Positions 1 through 8,628 of a DNA stretch of 32,038 nucleotides are shown here, one piece after another. The notes under the pieces are model-generated. The model ran no database searches and was not told the origin of the DNA. It was given only the letters and a program-made list of their open reading frames with translations. The translations under genes were made by a program, and so were the position numbers. How positions within the stretch are numbered: the first letter of the stretch is position 1; every line of letters starts with the position of its first letter. Source of the DNA: a virus (Duplodnaviria; Heunggongvirae; Uroviricota; Caudoviricetes); IMG/VR virus record IMGVR_UViG_2778261509_000010, positions 1 through 32,038 of that record; one strand, written 5' to 3'.

Positions 1-318
1 ATGAAAAAGATAGCTGCTATATCATTAATTAGTATTTTTATTGTGTCTGGTTGTGCTGTGCATAATGATGAGACAAGTATCGGTAAATTTGGTCTTGCAT
101 ATAAAAGTAATATTCAGCGTAAACTCGATAACCAATACTACACCGAAGCCGAAGCTTCTTTAGCCAGGGGCAGAATATCTGGTGCAGAAAATATAGTAAA
201 AAATGATGCAGCCCATTTCTGTGTTACTCAGGGCAAAAAAATGCAGATAGTTGACCTGAAGACAGAAGGTGCAGGATTACATGGCGTCGCTCGTCTGACA
301 TTCAAATGTGGAGAGTGA
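1..318 (+). CDS. Small secreted lipoprotein (flanking gene, 105 aa)
   Basis: N-terminal signal peptide with lipobox-like IVSGC; AT-rich codon usage unlike the prophage backbone; lies outside the att repeat. Possibly the host yegR-like gene, unverified. Confidence 0.5.
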   Translation: MKKIAAISLISIFIVSGCAVHNDETSIGKFGLAYKSNIQRKLDNQYYTEAEASLARGRISGAENIVKNDAAHFCVTQGKKMQIVDLKTEGAGLHGVARLTFKCGE

Positions 319-476
319 GAATATTTTTTGGTAAGCGTCAAACATGCGCGTTCTGGTTGTGCTTAGCCGGAACCTGTGCGAGCACGATGCCGTTACGTGA
401 AAGGCATCGTGCTATGAAGGGAGATTCTATCGATGTGGTCAATGGAAGACGGTGACCAGGGATAGGGCTTATGCAT

Positions 477-503
477 AAAAAATAAGCCCGTGTAAGGGAG
501 ATT
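477..503. repeat. attL: att core, left copy (27 bp, AAAAAATAAGCCCGTGTAAGGGAGATT)
   Basis: Exact 27-bp direct repeat of 30506-30532; sits just outside the integrase gene. Matches the P2 att core as I recall it. Confidence 0.8.
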
Positions 504-582
504 TAGGGTGTCACCAGTAGGGGCTTTCAACGGTACAATGCGGGTTTGAGCGGCATAAATTACTACTGAAAGCCCTTAAACG

Positions 583-1596
583 TTACTCTACTGTGGACAC
601 TGTGTGGACACTCTCGGCCTCAGTACCACCTCTTAGCGGATTAAGAGAAATGGCGTCCTGAAGGTACTCTGGCGCAAAATGAGCGTAAACCATAGTTTGT
701 TCAATCCGCGTGTGACCTAGTATCCGTTGTAGCGTGATAATACTTCCTCCATTAATCATGAAATGAGTGGCAAAGCTGTGCCTTAGTGCATGTGTGGCTT
801 GCCCCATTGGCAAATCCGGTTTTATTGCTTTCATTGTTCGTCTGAAGCGAGGGTAATCAGCATCAGGGAATAAAAAACCTCGTTTGTTATCCGCGATCAT
901 TTTGGCAACAGCCTCTGAGATCGGGACGGTGCGTGGTTTGTTTGTTTTCGTTTTAACAAACGTGACGCGGTTATGGATGATATTTTCTGCTTTCAAACGA
1001 GCTGCTTCTCCCCAACGTGCTCCAGTACTCAGGCAAAGAATCGCAATCTTTTTATTGTCGCCGTCAAGAGCAGCAAGCAGTAAGGCAATTTCTTCCTGCG
1101 TGAGATAGCCTGTGTCTGGTTTTTCCTCCTTAAGCCTTTTTGTCCCTCTGATAGGGTGCTCACCAAAGAATAACTCCGCTTCAATCAGGGCTGTAAACAT
1201 GCCGCTAATACATGTTAAATCACGATTGATACTCGAAGGTTTAATACCCTGACTTCTTCGGGTGGCGCAGTACTGGCTGATAAGCGATTTCGTAATTTGA
1301 AATGCGCATGGGTCATTCGTTATTTTTGTGAAGATTTCAATTTTTCCAAGATTAGATTTCCCATGCTCTTCGTGTTTACCCTTTAAATCCCACCAGATCT
1401 GTGTCAGCTCCGACAGACGTCGCTTGTCTGTTGGTTTTGATAGCCATTCTTTATTGTGGTGGTTGTACAACGTGTATTTCTCGAAAGCGACAGCTTCGCT
1501 TTTCTTATCAAACTTCCTACGGATGCGTTTTCCATTACGTCCAGTAGGGCGGATGTCCACTTCATATCGACCATCATCGAGTTTTTTGATTGCCAT
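583..1596 (-). CDS. int: Tyrosine integrase (337 aa)
   Basis: ATG at 1596 with GGAGGG Shine-Dalgarno upstream; C-terminal HALRHSFATHF...LGH...TMVYAH catalytic motifs of tyrosine recombinases; adjacent to att core. Confidence 0.95.
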   Translation of the reverse strand: MAIKKLDDGRYEVDIRPTGRNGKRIRRKFDKKSEAVAFEKYTLYNHHNKEWLSKPTDKRRLSELTQIWWDLKGKHEEHGKSNLGKIEIFTKITNDPCAFQITKSLISQYCATRRSQGIKPSSINRDLTCISGMFTALIEAELFFGEHPIRGTKRLKEEKPDTGYLTQEEIALLLAALDGDNKKIAILCLSTGARWGEAARLKAENIIHNRVTFVKTKTNKPRTVPISEAVAKMIADNKRGFLFPDADYPRFRRTMKAIKPDLPMGQATHALRHSFATHFMINGGSIITLQRILGHTRIEQTMVYAHFAPEYLQDAISLNPLRGGTEAESVHTVSTVE

Positions 1597-1711
1597 CAGA
1601 AAACCCTCCGAGTGGTGTGTTTTTTGGCGACTACTAATCGCTTTTTTCGTGGTGGCTGAAATTTAGCCACCAATAGTAGGCACTTGTGATGAATATATTC
1701 ACGATGAATTC

Positions 1712-2011
1712 TTAACCAGTCTTTTGACCGGAGTGGGGCGACGTTGTTTCGTTTTGCCCAAAGTGTGCGAGAGCGGGCGCAATTTGCCCGGACTCAGGAG
1801 CGATCTGATTGGTCATGAACCATAAAGTGTATTTGGTGAATTGTGGGGTCTGCAGGATGTTCATCATGACATCTGTTGGAGGTGTTGAACGACCACTTTC
1901 ATAGTAACTCAGCGTGCCATACGGAACCCCTGTTAAATCAGCAAGTTGTTGTCTGCTCAAATACTCTGATTTTCGCATTAAGACTATCTTCTCGCTTATC
2001 GTGTTTGACAT
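1712..2011 (-). CDS. C: Immunity repressor C (99 aa)
   Basis: 99-aa HTH protein (QQLADLTGVPYGTLSYYESG) transcribed divergently from cox, upstream of int on the same strand. Confidence 0.9.
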   Translation of the reverse strand: MSNTISEKIVLMRKSEYLSRQQLADLTGVPYGTLSYYESGRSTPPTDVMMNILQTPQFTKYTLWFMTNQIAPESGQIAPALAHFGQNETTSPHSGQKTG

Positions 2012-2100
2012 GGTGTTTAGATCTCAATAGTATTTAGTTTAGATGTAGATTGTTCAGTGCTTGGATGTGTGCACTAAAAGGCATTATAAGGCATTAAACG
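2005..2100. promoter_or_regulatory. Pe/Pc lysis-lysogeny switch region with putative C operator direct repeats
   Basis: TTGACA (2005-2010), 17-nt spacer, TAGTAT (2028-2033) reading towards cox; GTTTAGAT direct repeats at 2015-2022 and 2037-2044 flank the -10; perfect TATAAT on the minus strand (complement of 2083-2088) as a candidate Pc -10. Confidence 0.5.
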
Positions 2101-2125
2101 CAATTCATGAGGGCTGGAGGACGAC

Positions 2126-2401
2126 ATGAGCAAGCAAGTAACACTCATGACTGATGCGATTCCTTATCAGGAGTTCGCAAAACTAATAGGAAAATCGACA
2201 GGAGCGGTTCGTCGGATGATCGATAAAGGAAAGCTGCCTGTAATTGATATGACCGATCCACAATCAGCTTCAGGTCGTGCAGGTGAATATTGGGTATACC
2301 TTCCGGCATGGAATAACGGACTAAAACTGGCTTATGAAAGCCGCCCTAAAGAGATTCGTGACGGCTGGTTGATGTGGTTAGGTCTCGGTGAACCACGTTA
2401 A
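2126..2401 (+). CDS. cox: Cox excisionase / transcriptional regulator (91 aa)
   Basis: First gene of the rightward early operon, GGAGG Shine-Dalgarno 6 nt upstream, size and position as for P2 Cox. Confidence 0.9.
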   Translation: MSKQVTLMTDAIPYQEFAKLIGKSTGAVRRMIDKGKLPVIDMTDPQSASGRAGEYWVYLPAWNNGLKLAYESRPKEIRDGWLMWLGLGEPR

Positions 2402-2411
2402 GGAGAACCGT

Positions 2412-2582
2412 ATGAATGAACCTCGTTGTATTGCTCAGTTACTGCGTAACGAAAGCCCCAGGGCGATTGACTTCACCATCACCCACGGTAAGGGGCGTAA
2501 GGGAATCATTATCCGCACCAAAAAACAGAGTCCGTTAAAAAAGGCTCTGACCTTTCTGAAAAGCCGGAGGGTATGGAAATGA
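2412..2582 (+). CDS. Small early protein (P2 orf78-like position)
   Basis: ATG at 2412 preceded by AGGAGA; position between cox and B. Confidence 0.5.
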   Translation: MNEPRCIAQLLRNESPRAIDFTITHGKGRKGIIIRTKKQSPLKKALTFLKSRRVWK

Positions 2583-3079
2583 CAGTGATGACGCTCAATC
2601 TCGTTGAAAAACAGCCAGCAACTATGCGCCGGATAATTGGTAAGCATCTGGCCGTCCCTCGCTGGCAGGAGACATGCGATTATTATAATCAGATGATGGA
2701 ACGCGAACGGCTAACGGTTTGCTTTCATGCGCAGTTAAAACAGCGTCACGCAACGATGCGTTTTGAAGAAATGAACGACGTCGAACGTGAACGACTGGTT
2801 TGTGCAATTGATGAATTGCGTGGGGCATTCTCAAAACGCCGTCAGGTTGGCGCAAGTGAGTATGCATATATTAGTTTTTTAACAGTCAGTCAGCGCCGTA
2901 CTTTATTTATGCACGCACGACTGACAGAAAAAGAATTTAACCAGCCATACTGGCGAATTAATGAGGAATCATGTTACTGGCGTGATGCTTTATTCCGTGC
3001 ATTACGTGAATTATTCAGTCTGTTTGAGTATGCACCGACAATTCTGACATCGGTAAAACCAGAGCAATATCTGCATTAA
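2579..3079 (+). CDS. B: Replication protein B (helicase-loader-like, 166 aa)
   Basis: Position between cox and A; ATG at 2579 is better spaced from GGAGG (2566-2570) than the ATG at 2573. Confidence 0.8.
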   Translation: MTVMTLNLVEKQPATMRRIIGKHLAVPRWQETCDYYNQMMERERLTVCFHAQLKQRHATMRFEEMNDVERERLVCAIDELRGAFSKRRQVGASEYAYISFLTVSQRRTLFMHARLTEKEFNQPYWRINEESCYWRDALFRALRELFSLFEYAPTILTSVKPEQYLH

Positions 3080-3142
3080 GTAATTAACCAGAGTTTTTAA
3101 CGCACTTAATTGTGCGGGGCTTCTTTTTGCCTGGAGAAAGTC

Positions 3143-3367
3143 ATGCATACAGTTTCTGAAAATCAGTGCGGTAAATACGCATTACTGCTGCAACAGGCCA
3201 GAACCGAAGCACAGGCCGATGCAGCGACGCGCTTTTCTTCTCATCTTGACGCCATGATTCACCACATCACAAAGGCGGAGTTATCCAGCGTGGAGATAGT
3301 CGAGCTGCTCAGTCAGGAGTCGGAAAAATTTCACAATATCGGATTGTCTCGCGGGGAGGTGCTTTGA
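3143..3367 (+). CDS. Small early hypothetical protein (orf80-like position)
   Basis: ATG at 3143 with GGAGA Shine-Dalgarno; the ORF-track start at 3110 is a TTG. Confidence 0.5.
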   Translation: MHTVSENQCGKYALLLQQARTEAQADAATRFSSHLDAMIHHITKAELSSVEIVELLSQESEKFHNIGLSRGEVL

Positions 3368-3669
3368 TGTCCTGTTCTCGTTCGGTTGTATTACTGAATA
3401 ACGCCTTAAAAATCGCCGTTATGAAAAATGGCGATTTATCTCTTATTCAACTTGGTCTTGATAAAGAAAAACGCGAAATAACTGAGTCTGTTATCGCGAT
3501 TTATCAGAATGAATTAAATCTCCTGTCTGATGTGGTCAATTTACTTGTTAAACGCGCTGTATTTCACAAGCAAATCTCCTCCGTGGATGAACTGACGAAA
3601 TTAACGACAGAAATTGCCAGCTATTGCGCTGATGAATTTAAAAAACTTAACGACAAAAGGAGCTGGTAA
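3367..3669 (+). CDS. Small early hypothetical protein (orf81-like position)
   Basis: ATG at 3367 after a GGGGAGGTG Shine-Dalgarno; translationally coupled neighbours. Confidence 0.5.
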   Translation: MSCSRSVVLLNNALKIAVMKNGDLSLIQLGLDKEKREITESVIAIYQNELNLLSDVVNLLVKRAVFHKQISSVDELTKLTTEIASYCADEFKKLNDKRSW

Positions 3670-3893
3670 TGCCGGACAACGTAGATTTTATTCAGGAACA
3701 ACAGGCTGAATTACTGGAGCGTCAGATTAACGCGGCAAGGGTAAAACATTGCGGTGCTTCTGCGCTGGTTTGCGAAGAGTGTTACGCGCCAATATCTGCT
3801 GCCCGTCGTGCGGCTTATCCGTCAGCCACGCGTTGTGTTTCCTGTCAGTCAGTCTTTGAAGCAAAAAACAAACATTACCGGAGAACGGCATGA
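3669..3893 (+). CDS. TraR/DksA-family C4 zinc-finger protein (74 aa)
   Basis: Cys pairs CEEC...CVSC with the typical spacing of the DksA/TraR zinc finger; start overlaps the upstream stop (TAATG). Confidence 0.7.
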   Translation: MPDNVDFIQEQQAELLERQINAARVKHCGASALVCEECYAPISAARRAAYPSATRCVSCQSVFEAKNKHYRRTA

Positions 3894-4165
3894 GTATTCG
3901 TATTGAAATTGGCGAACGTTATGTCGTTACCAGTGACAGCTTTCAGTTTATTCTCCACGAGAAAAAGAGAGCGGAAAGCGGTAAAAACGCCGGTCAGGAA
4001 TGGCTGGCAGTGGTTGGTTATTACCCGAAATTAAGCCAGCTCGTTTCCGGCCTGATGCATCACGATATTCTGACCGGAAGCGCAAAGTCTTTTGCTGATT
4101 TAAACGCGCAGGTTGAGCAACTCAGCAGGCGTTGTTCAGAGGCTTTTGGCTCATATGGCCGTTAA
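3890..4165 (+). CDS. Small early hypothetical protein (orf83-like position)
   Basis: ATG at 3890 with GGAGA Shine-Dalgarno; overlaps the start of A. Confidence 0.5.
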   Translation: MSIRIEIGERYVVTSDSFQFILHEKKRAESGKNAGQEWLAVVGYYPKLSQLVSGLMHHDILTGSAKSFADLNAQVEQLSRRCSEAFGSYGR

Positions 4166-6455
4166 AGCCTCCGGGCGTTTTGTCCCTCCGTCAGCATTTG
4201 TTGCAGGCACCGGTAAGGCGTTTACCGGTGCTTATGCATGGAACGCGCCACGCGAGGCTGTCGGGCGCGAAAGACCCCTTACACGTGACGAGATGCGTCA
4301 GGTGCAAGGTGTTTTATCCACGATTAACCGCCTGCCTTACTTTTTGCGCTCGCTGTTTACTTCACGCTATGACTACATCCGGCGCAATAAAAGCCCGGTG
4401 CACGGGTTTTATTTCCTCACATCCACTTTTCAGCGTCGTTTATGGCCGCGCATTGAGCGTGTGAATCAGCGCCATGAAATGAACACCGACGCGTCGTTGC
4501 TGTTTCTGGCAGAGCGTGACCACTATGCGCGCCTGCCGGGAATGAATGACAAGGAGCTGAAAAAGTTTGCCGCCCGTATTTCATCGCAGCTTTTCATGAT
4601 GTATGAGGAACTCAGCGATGCCTGGGTGGATGCGCATGGCGAAAAAGAATCGCTGTTTACGGATGAGGCGCAGGCTCACCTCTATGGTCATGTTGCTGGC
4701 GCTGCACGTGCTTTCAATATTTCCCCTCTCTACTGGAAAAAATACCGTAAAGGACAGATGACCACGAGGCAGGCATATTCTGCCATTGCCCGTCTGTTTA
4801 ACGATGAGTGGTGGACTCATCAGCTTAAAGGCCAGCGTATGCGCTGGCATGAGGCGTTACTGATTGCTGTCGGGGAGGTGAATAAAGACCGTTCTCCTTA
4901 TGCCAGTAAACATGCCATTCGTGATGTGCGTGCACGCCGCCAGGCAAATCTGGAATTTCTTAAATCGTGTGACCTTGAAAACAGGGAAACCGGCGAGCGC
5001 ATCGACCTTATCAGTAAGGTGATGGGCAGTATTTCTAATCCTGAAATTCGCCGGATGGAGCTGATGAACACCATTGCCGGTATTGAGCGTTACGCCGCCG
5101 CAGAGGGTGATGTGGGGATGTTTATCACGCTGACCACGCCGTCAAAGTATCACCCGACACGTCAGGTCGGAAAAGGCGAAAGTAAAACCGTCCAGCTTAA
5201 TCACGGCTGGAATGATGAGGCATTTAATCCAAAGGATGCGCAGCGTTATCTCTGCCGTATCTGGAGCCTGATGCGCACGGCATTCAAGGATAATGATTTA
5301 CAGGTCTACGGTTTGCGTGTCGTCGAGCCACACCACGACGGAACGCCGCACTGGCATATGATGCTTTTTTGTAATCCACGCCAGCGTAACCAGATTATCG
5401 AAATCATGCGTCGCTATGCGCTCAAAGAGGATGGCGACGAAAGAGGAGCCGCGCGAAACCGTTTTCAGGCGAAACACCTTAACCGGGGCGGTGCTGCGGG
5501 GTATATCGCGAAATACATCTCAAAAAATATCGACGGATATGCACTGGATGGTCAGCTCGATAATGATACCGGCAGACCGCTGAAAGACACTGCCGCGGCT
5601 GTTACCGCATGGGCGTCAACGTGGCGCATCCCGCAATTTAAAACGGTTGGTCTGCCGACAATGGGGGCTTACCGTGAACTACGCAAATTGCCTCGCGGCG
5701 TCAGCATTGCTGATGAGTTTGACGAGCGCGTCGAGGCTGCACGCGCCGCCGCAGACAGTGGTGATTTTGCGTTGTATATCAGCGCGCAGGGTGGGGCAAA
5801 TGTCCCGCGCGATTGTCAGACTGTCAGGGTCGCCCGTAGCCCGTCGGATGACGTTAACGAGTATGAGGAAGAAGTCGAGAGAGTGGTCGGCATTTACGCG
5901 CCGCATCTCGGCGCGCGTCATATTCATATCACCAGAACGACGGACTGGCGCATTGTGCCGAAAGTTCCGGTCGTTGAGCCTTTGACTTTAAAAAGCGGCA
6001 TCGCCGCGCCTCGGAGTCCTGTCAATAACTGTGGAAAGCTCACCGATGGTGATACTTCGTTACCGGCTCCCACACCTTCTGAACACGCCGCAGCAGTGCT
6101 TAATCTGGTTGATGACGGTGTTATCGAATGGAGTGACCCGGAGGTTGTGAGGGCGCTCAGAGGTGCATTAAAATGCGGACTGAGAACACCAAATCGTCAG
6201 CAAAGAAACGGAAGTCCGTTAAAACCGCATGAAATAGCGCCATCAGCCAGGCTGACCAGGTCGGAACGATTGCAAATTACCCGTATTCGCGTTGATCTTG
6301 CTCAGAACGGTATCAGACCTCAGCGATGGGAGCTTGAGTCGCTGGCGCGTGGGGCAACCGTAAATTATGACGGGAAAAAATTCACGTATCCGGTCGCTGA
6401 TGAGTGGCCGGGATATTCAACTATAACAGAGTGGAATCAATTTGATGACGGGTAA
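4155..6455 (+). CDS. A: Rolling-circle replication initiator A (HUH endonuclease)
   Basis: HUH-like motif PHWHMMLF and paired tyrosines in AGYIAKYISKNIDGY; ATG at 4155 preferred (the ORF-track start at 4113 is a TTG). Confidence 0.9.
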   Translation: MAVKASGRFVPPSAFVAGTGKAFTGAYAWNAPREAVGRERPLTRDEMRQVQGVLSTINRLPYFLRSLFTSRYDYIRRNKSPVHGFYFLTSTFQRRLWPRIERVNQRHEMNTDASLLFLAERDHYARLPGMNDKELKKFAARISSQLFMMYEELSDAWVDAHGEKESLFTDEAQAHLYGHVAGAARAFNISPLYWKKYRKGQMTTRQAYSAIARLFNDEWWTHQLKGQRMRWHEALLIAVGEVNKDRSPYASKHAIRDVRARRQANLEFLKSCDLENRETGERIDLISKVMGSISNPEIRRMELMNTIAGIERYAAAEGDVGMFITLTTPSKYHPTRQVGKGESKTVQLNHGWNDEAFNPKDAQRYLCRIWSLMRTAFKDNDLQVYGLRVVEPHHDGTPHWHMMLFCNPRQRNQIIEIMRRYALKEDGDERGAARNRFQAKHLNRGGAAGYIAKYISKNIDGYALDGQLDNDTGRPLKDTAAAVTAWASTWRIPQFKTVGLPTMGAYRELRKLPRGVSIADEFDERVEAARAAADSGDFALYISAQGGANVPRDCQTVRVARSPSDDVNEYEEEVERVVGIYAPHLGARHIHITRTTDWRIVPKVPVVEPLTLKSGIAAPRSPVNNCGKLTDGDTSLPAPTPSEHAAAVLNLVDDGVIEWSDPEVVRALRGALKCGLRTPNRQQRNGSPLKPHEIAPSARLTRSERLQITRIRVDLAQNGIRPQRWELESLARGATVNYDGKKFTYPVADEWPGYSTITEWNQFDDG

Positions 6456-6597
6456 TCGAATGGAATGATCCGGCGGTCGTGAGGGCGCTCAGAGGTGCAT
6501 TAAAACACGGTCTGAGAATACCAAATCGTCAGCAAAGAAACGGAAGTCCGTTAAAACCGCTTGCATTTGTGCCATCGCGAGGCTGATCAAATCAGGT
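6455..6597. repeat. Decayed direct duplicate of the A gene 3' region (copy of about 6123-6260)
   Basis: Long near-identical runs (GTGAGGGCGCTCAGAGGTGCATTAAAA; CCAAATCGTCAGCAAAGAAACGGAAGTCCGTTAAAACCGC) repeated immediately after the A stop codon. Confidence 0.75.
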
Positions 6598-6684
6598 TTG
6601 TGATAAATTACTAGTATTTATATAGACCTCGCTCAGTATGGCATCACACAGAAGTAATGTAAGCGTGGGGGGCGTGGTGTACCA

Positions 6685-6713
6685 TTGATATACGACGGTC
6701 GAAAATTTACATA
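6685..6713 (+). promoter_or_regulatory. Candidate sigma70 promoter for the cargo membrane gene
   Basis: TTGATA, 17-nt spacer, TACATA upstream of the 6729-7361 ORF; by eye only. Confidence 0.3.
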
Positions 6714-6872
6714 GCCGATTTCCTGTGATTGGTTTTCGTTATGCACTCTTTTCTGAAGAGATTAACTACTGATAGACTCAGGTTGGATGTCAGAATCGCT
6801 ATAGATTTCTTGCTATATATGTATTTTTCAATGAAAATGATCTCTGATTTAAACTGTAGTAAGGTGATTGGT

Positions 6873-7361
6873 ATGGATGGTTTATGGGAAAAAATATCGT
6901 CATATAATATATTTAATAATCTTTTTCCAGGTGCTCTTTTTATTTATCTTCTTGAGAGAATGACGAAGATCGTTTTATCTGGCGATGATTTAATAAAAAA
7001 TGTTGTCCTCTATTATTTTGTTGGCTTAGTCATTGGCCGGATTGGTTCTATCGTATTGGAACCTTTTTTAAAACTATCGCGTTTGATTAAGTTTGCTCCT
7101 TATAAAGATTATGTGTCAGCATGTGGTGTGGATGGAAAAATTGAAACTTTGCAAGAGATTGCGAATATGTATAGGACGATATTTTCAATGTCAATTATTC
7201 TTTTGGCGACATTGTGCGTTGTAGGACGGTTTACTGGCGAGACATATGGCTTATCTAAAATAACGTTGGCGGTTTTTGCTATTTTGTTTGTTGTCTCATA
7301 TATTAAACAAATAAGATACATAATATATAGAGTAAATGCTGTTAATAATAAGCTGCCGTAA
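6873..7361 (+). CDS. Multi-pass inner-membrane protein, cargo gene (about 4 TM segments)
   Basis: ATG at 6873 with AAGGTG Shine-Dalgarno 6 nt upstream; ORF is open from a TTG at 6729 (ATG at 6741 also possible). Hydrophobic segments FPGALFIYLL, VVLYYFVGLVIGRIGSIVL, IFSMSIILLATLCVVG, ITLAVFAILFVVSYI; strongly AT-rich. Confidence 0.6.
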   Translation: MDGLWEKISSYNIFNNLFPGALFIYLLERMTKIVLSGDDLIKNVVLYYFVGLVIGRIGSIVLEPFLKLSRLIKFAPYKDYVSACGVDGKIETLQEIANMYRTIFSMSIILLATLCVVGRFTGETYGLSKITLAVFAILFVVSYIKQIRYIIYRVNAVNNKLP

Positions 7362-7371
7362 GGCAGCTTTT
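7351..7371. terminator. Bidirectional intrinsic terminator between convergent cargo genes
   Basis: Hairpin AGCTGCC-GTAA-GGCAGCT overlapping the plus-gene stop, followed by TTTT on plus and an AT-rich tract on minus. Confidence 0.5.
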
Positions 7372-7374
7372 GAA

Positions 7375-8466
7375 TTATTCTTCGGTTCTATAGTTACTAA
7401 TGTATGATCGTGGAGTGGCTGTTTTCCATCCTGCCCTTTCAGGAGCATTATAAAAATGGTACTTACCAAGCCCCTCGGTGGCGATAACTTTCGCTCCTCG
7501 TCGAGTAAAGGCATTAATTACAGCTTGATGGGGATGTTTATCTGAACCTGGGGCACATGATACAAATGCGGTTATCTCCCTTTTTTCGCCTTCATTTACA
7601 ATGTTACCAACAAGTTTATCGAGAACATCAGGGCCTACATTTCTCCGGCTACCATGATGAGGTACTTGAATGAATCTTAATGATTCTTTATTAATGTATT
7701 GGGAGGCTTGATCTAAGGCTGTTATACCAGCATCGCCAGTGAACACTAACGTTCTTCCATCAATCTCAAGTTTCAAAATGACACTTGAGTTATTTTGTGC
7801 CGAGGTGGTATCGTCATTATCAATACCTTCATCAGTAAACCATTCAGCAACGTAATCAATAAATTTCTTCGTTTTTTCAACTACAGACTCAAAGACTGCT
7901 TTTAGTACTTCAAATCCAGCTGTATCCTCAGCTTTTTTGGGCATTCTTGCGAAATCAGGTATTAGAGTCTCATAGTAAGATTGGGTTGGCCCGATAACAA
8001 CCAGAGTAGCATTATCCCAGGTCATTCCTTGAAAAGGCTCTTTTATTTCAATTCCTTTTTTTTCCGCTAATTTGACAGCGTCATAAGCTTTTTGTAAGTT
8101 TTCTTTCATTCGATTTGCAATACTGGCATCAGTTATCCTGCCATCTGCAAACTCACTTGCGAGACCTTGATTATGTTCCCAAGGCTTATGAATCCAAAAC
8201 TCTTTTACTTCTGCATTTTCTAGAACAGATGTAAGTCCACCGACGTGGTCACCATCGGGGTGTGTGGAGATAAGCAAGTCAATAGTTTTTGTGCGGTAGT
8301 ATTTTTCAATATGCTCAATGACTTGTTCTCCGGTGCTGGCATATCCTGCATCAATAACGACAACTTTTTGTTCATCTCTTGAACCATGTAGGTTTCCCCA
8401 TCTGATGCAGATCGCATCGCCGCTTTTTTTTTCGCCAACAGCTAGAAAATCAATTTCGTAACCCAT
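7375..8466 (-). CDS. ComEC-like metallo-beta-lactamase-fold hydrolase (putative nuclease), cargo gene (363 aa)
   Basis: MBL motifs STHPDGDHVGG (residues ~67-77), VPHHGS and KHPH, resembling the ComEC C-terminal / Lactamase_B_2 pattern; ATG at 8466 with AAGGA Shine-Dalgarno; AT-rich. Confidence 0.8.
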   Translation of the reverse strand: MGYEIDFLAVGEKKSGDAICIRWGNLHGSRDEQKVVVIDAGYASTGEQVIEHIEKYYRTKTIDLLISTHPDGDHVGGLTSVLENAEVKEFWIHKPWEHNQGLASEFADGRITDASIANRMKENLQKAYDAVKLAEKKGIEIKEPFQGMTWDNATLVVIGPTQSYYETLIPDFARMPKKAEDTAGFEVLKAVFESVVEKTKKFIDYVAEWFTDEGIDNDDTTSAQNNSSVILKLEIDGRTLVFTGDAGITALDQASQYINKESLRFIQVPHHGSRRNVGPDVLDKLVGNIVNEGEKREITAFVSCAPGSDKHPHQAVINAFTRRGAKVIATEGLGKYHFYNAPERAGWKTATPRSYISNYRTEE

Positions 8467-8628
8467 TCCATATCCTTATTAAACTGTGAATTAACATGAA
8501 TCCAAGATGTTAAATCATATGGATAATAACGCAACTTTTCCGCAGTAAATACTGTGAGCGGATTTAATCTCGTCAGAACTAAAAGCAAGTAGTGTGACGA
8601 GGGACAATGAGTCTCTTTGGGGCGTTGG

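Noticed and set aside
1640-1680. Hairpin TGGTGGCT-GAAATTT-AGCCACCA between C and int, considered as a terminator
   Set aside because: No U-tract follows on the transcribed (minus) strand, and int is expected to be co-transcribed with C; possibly a protein-binding or RNA-structure element but not supportable as a terminator.
4132-4464. 110-aa ORF overlapping the 5' end of gene A in another frame
   Set aside because: Completely embedded in the A coding region; no start signal; the A frame is the one with recognisable motifs.
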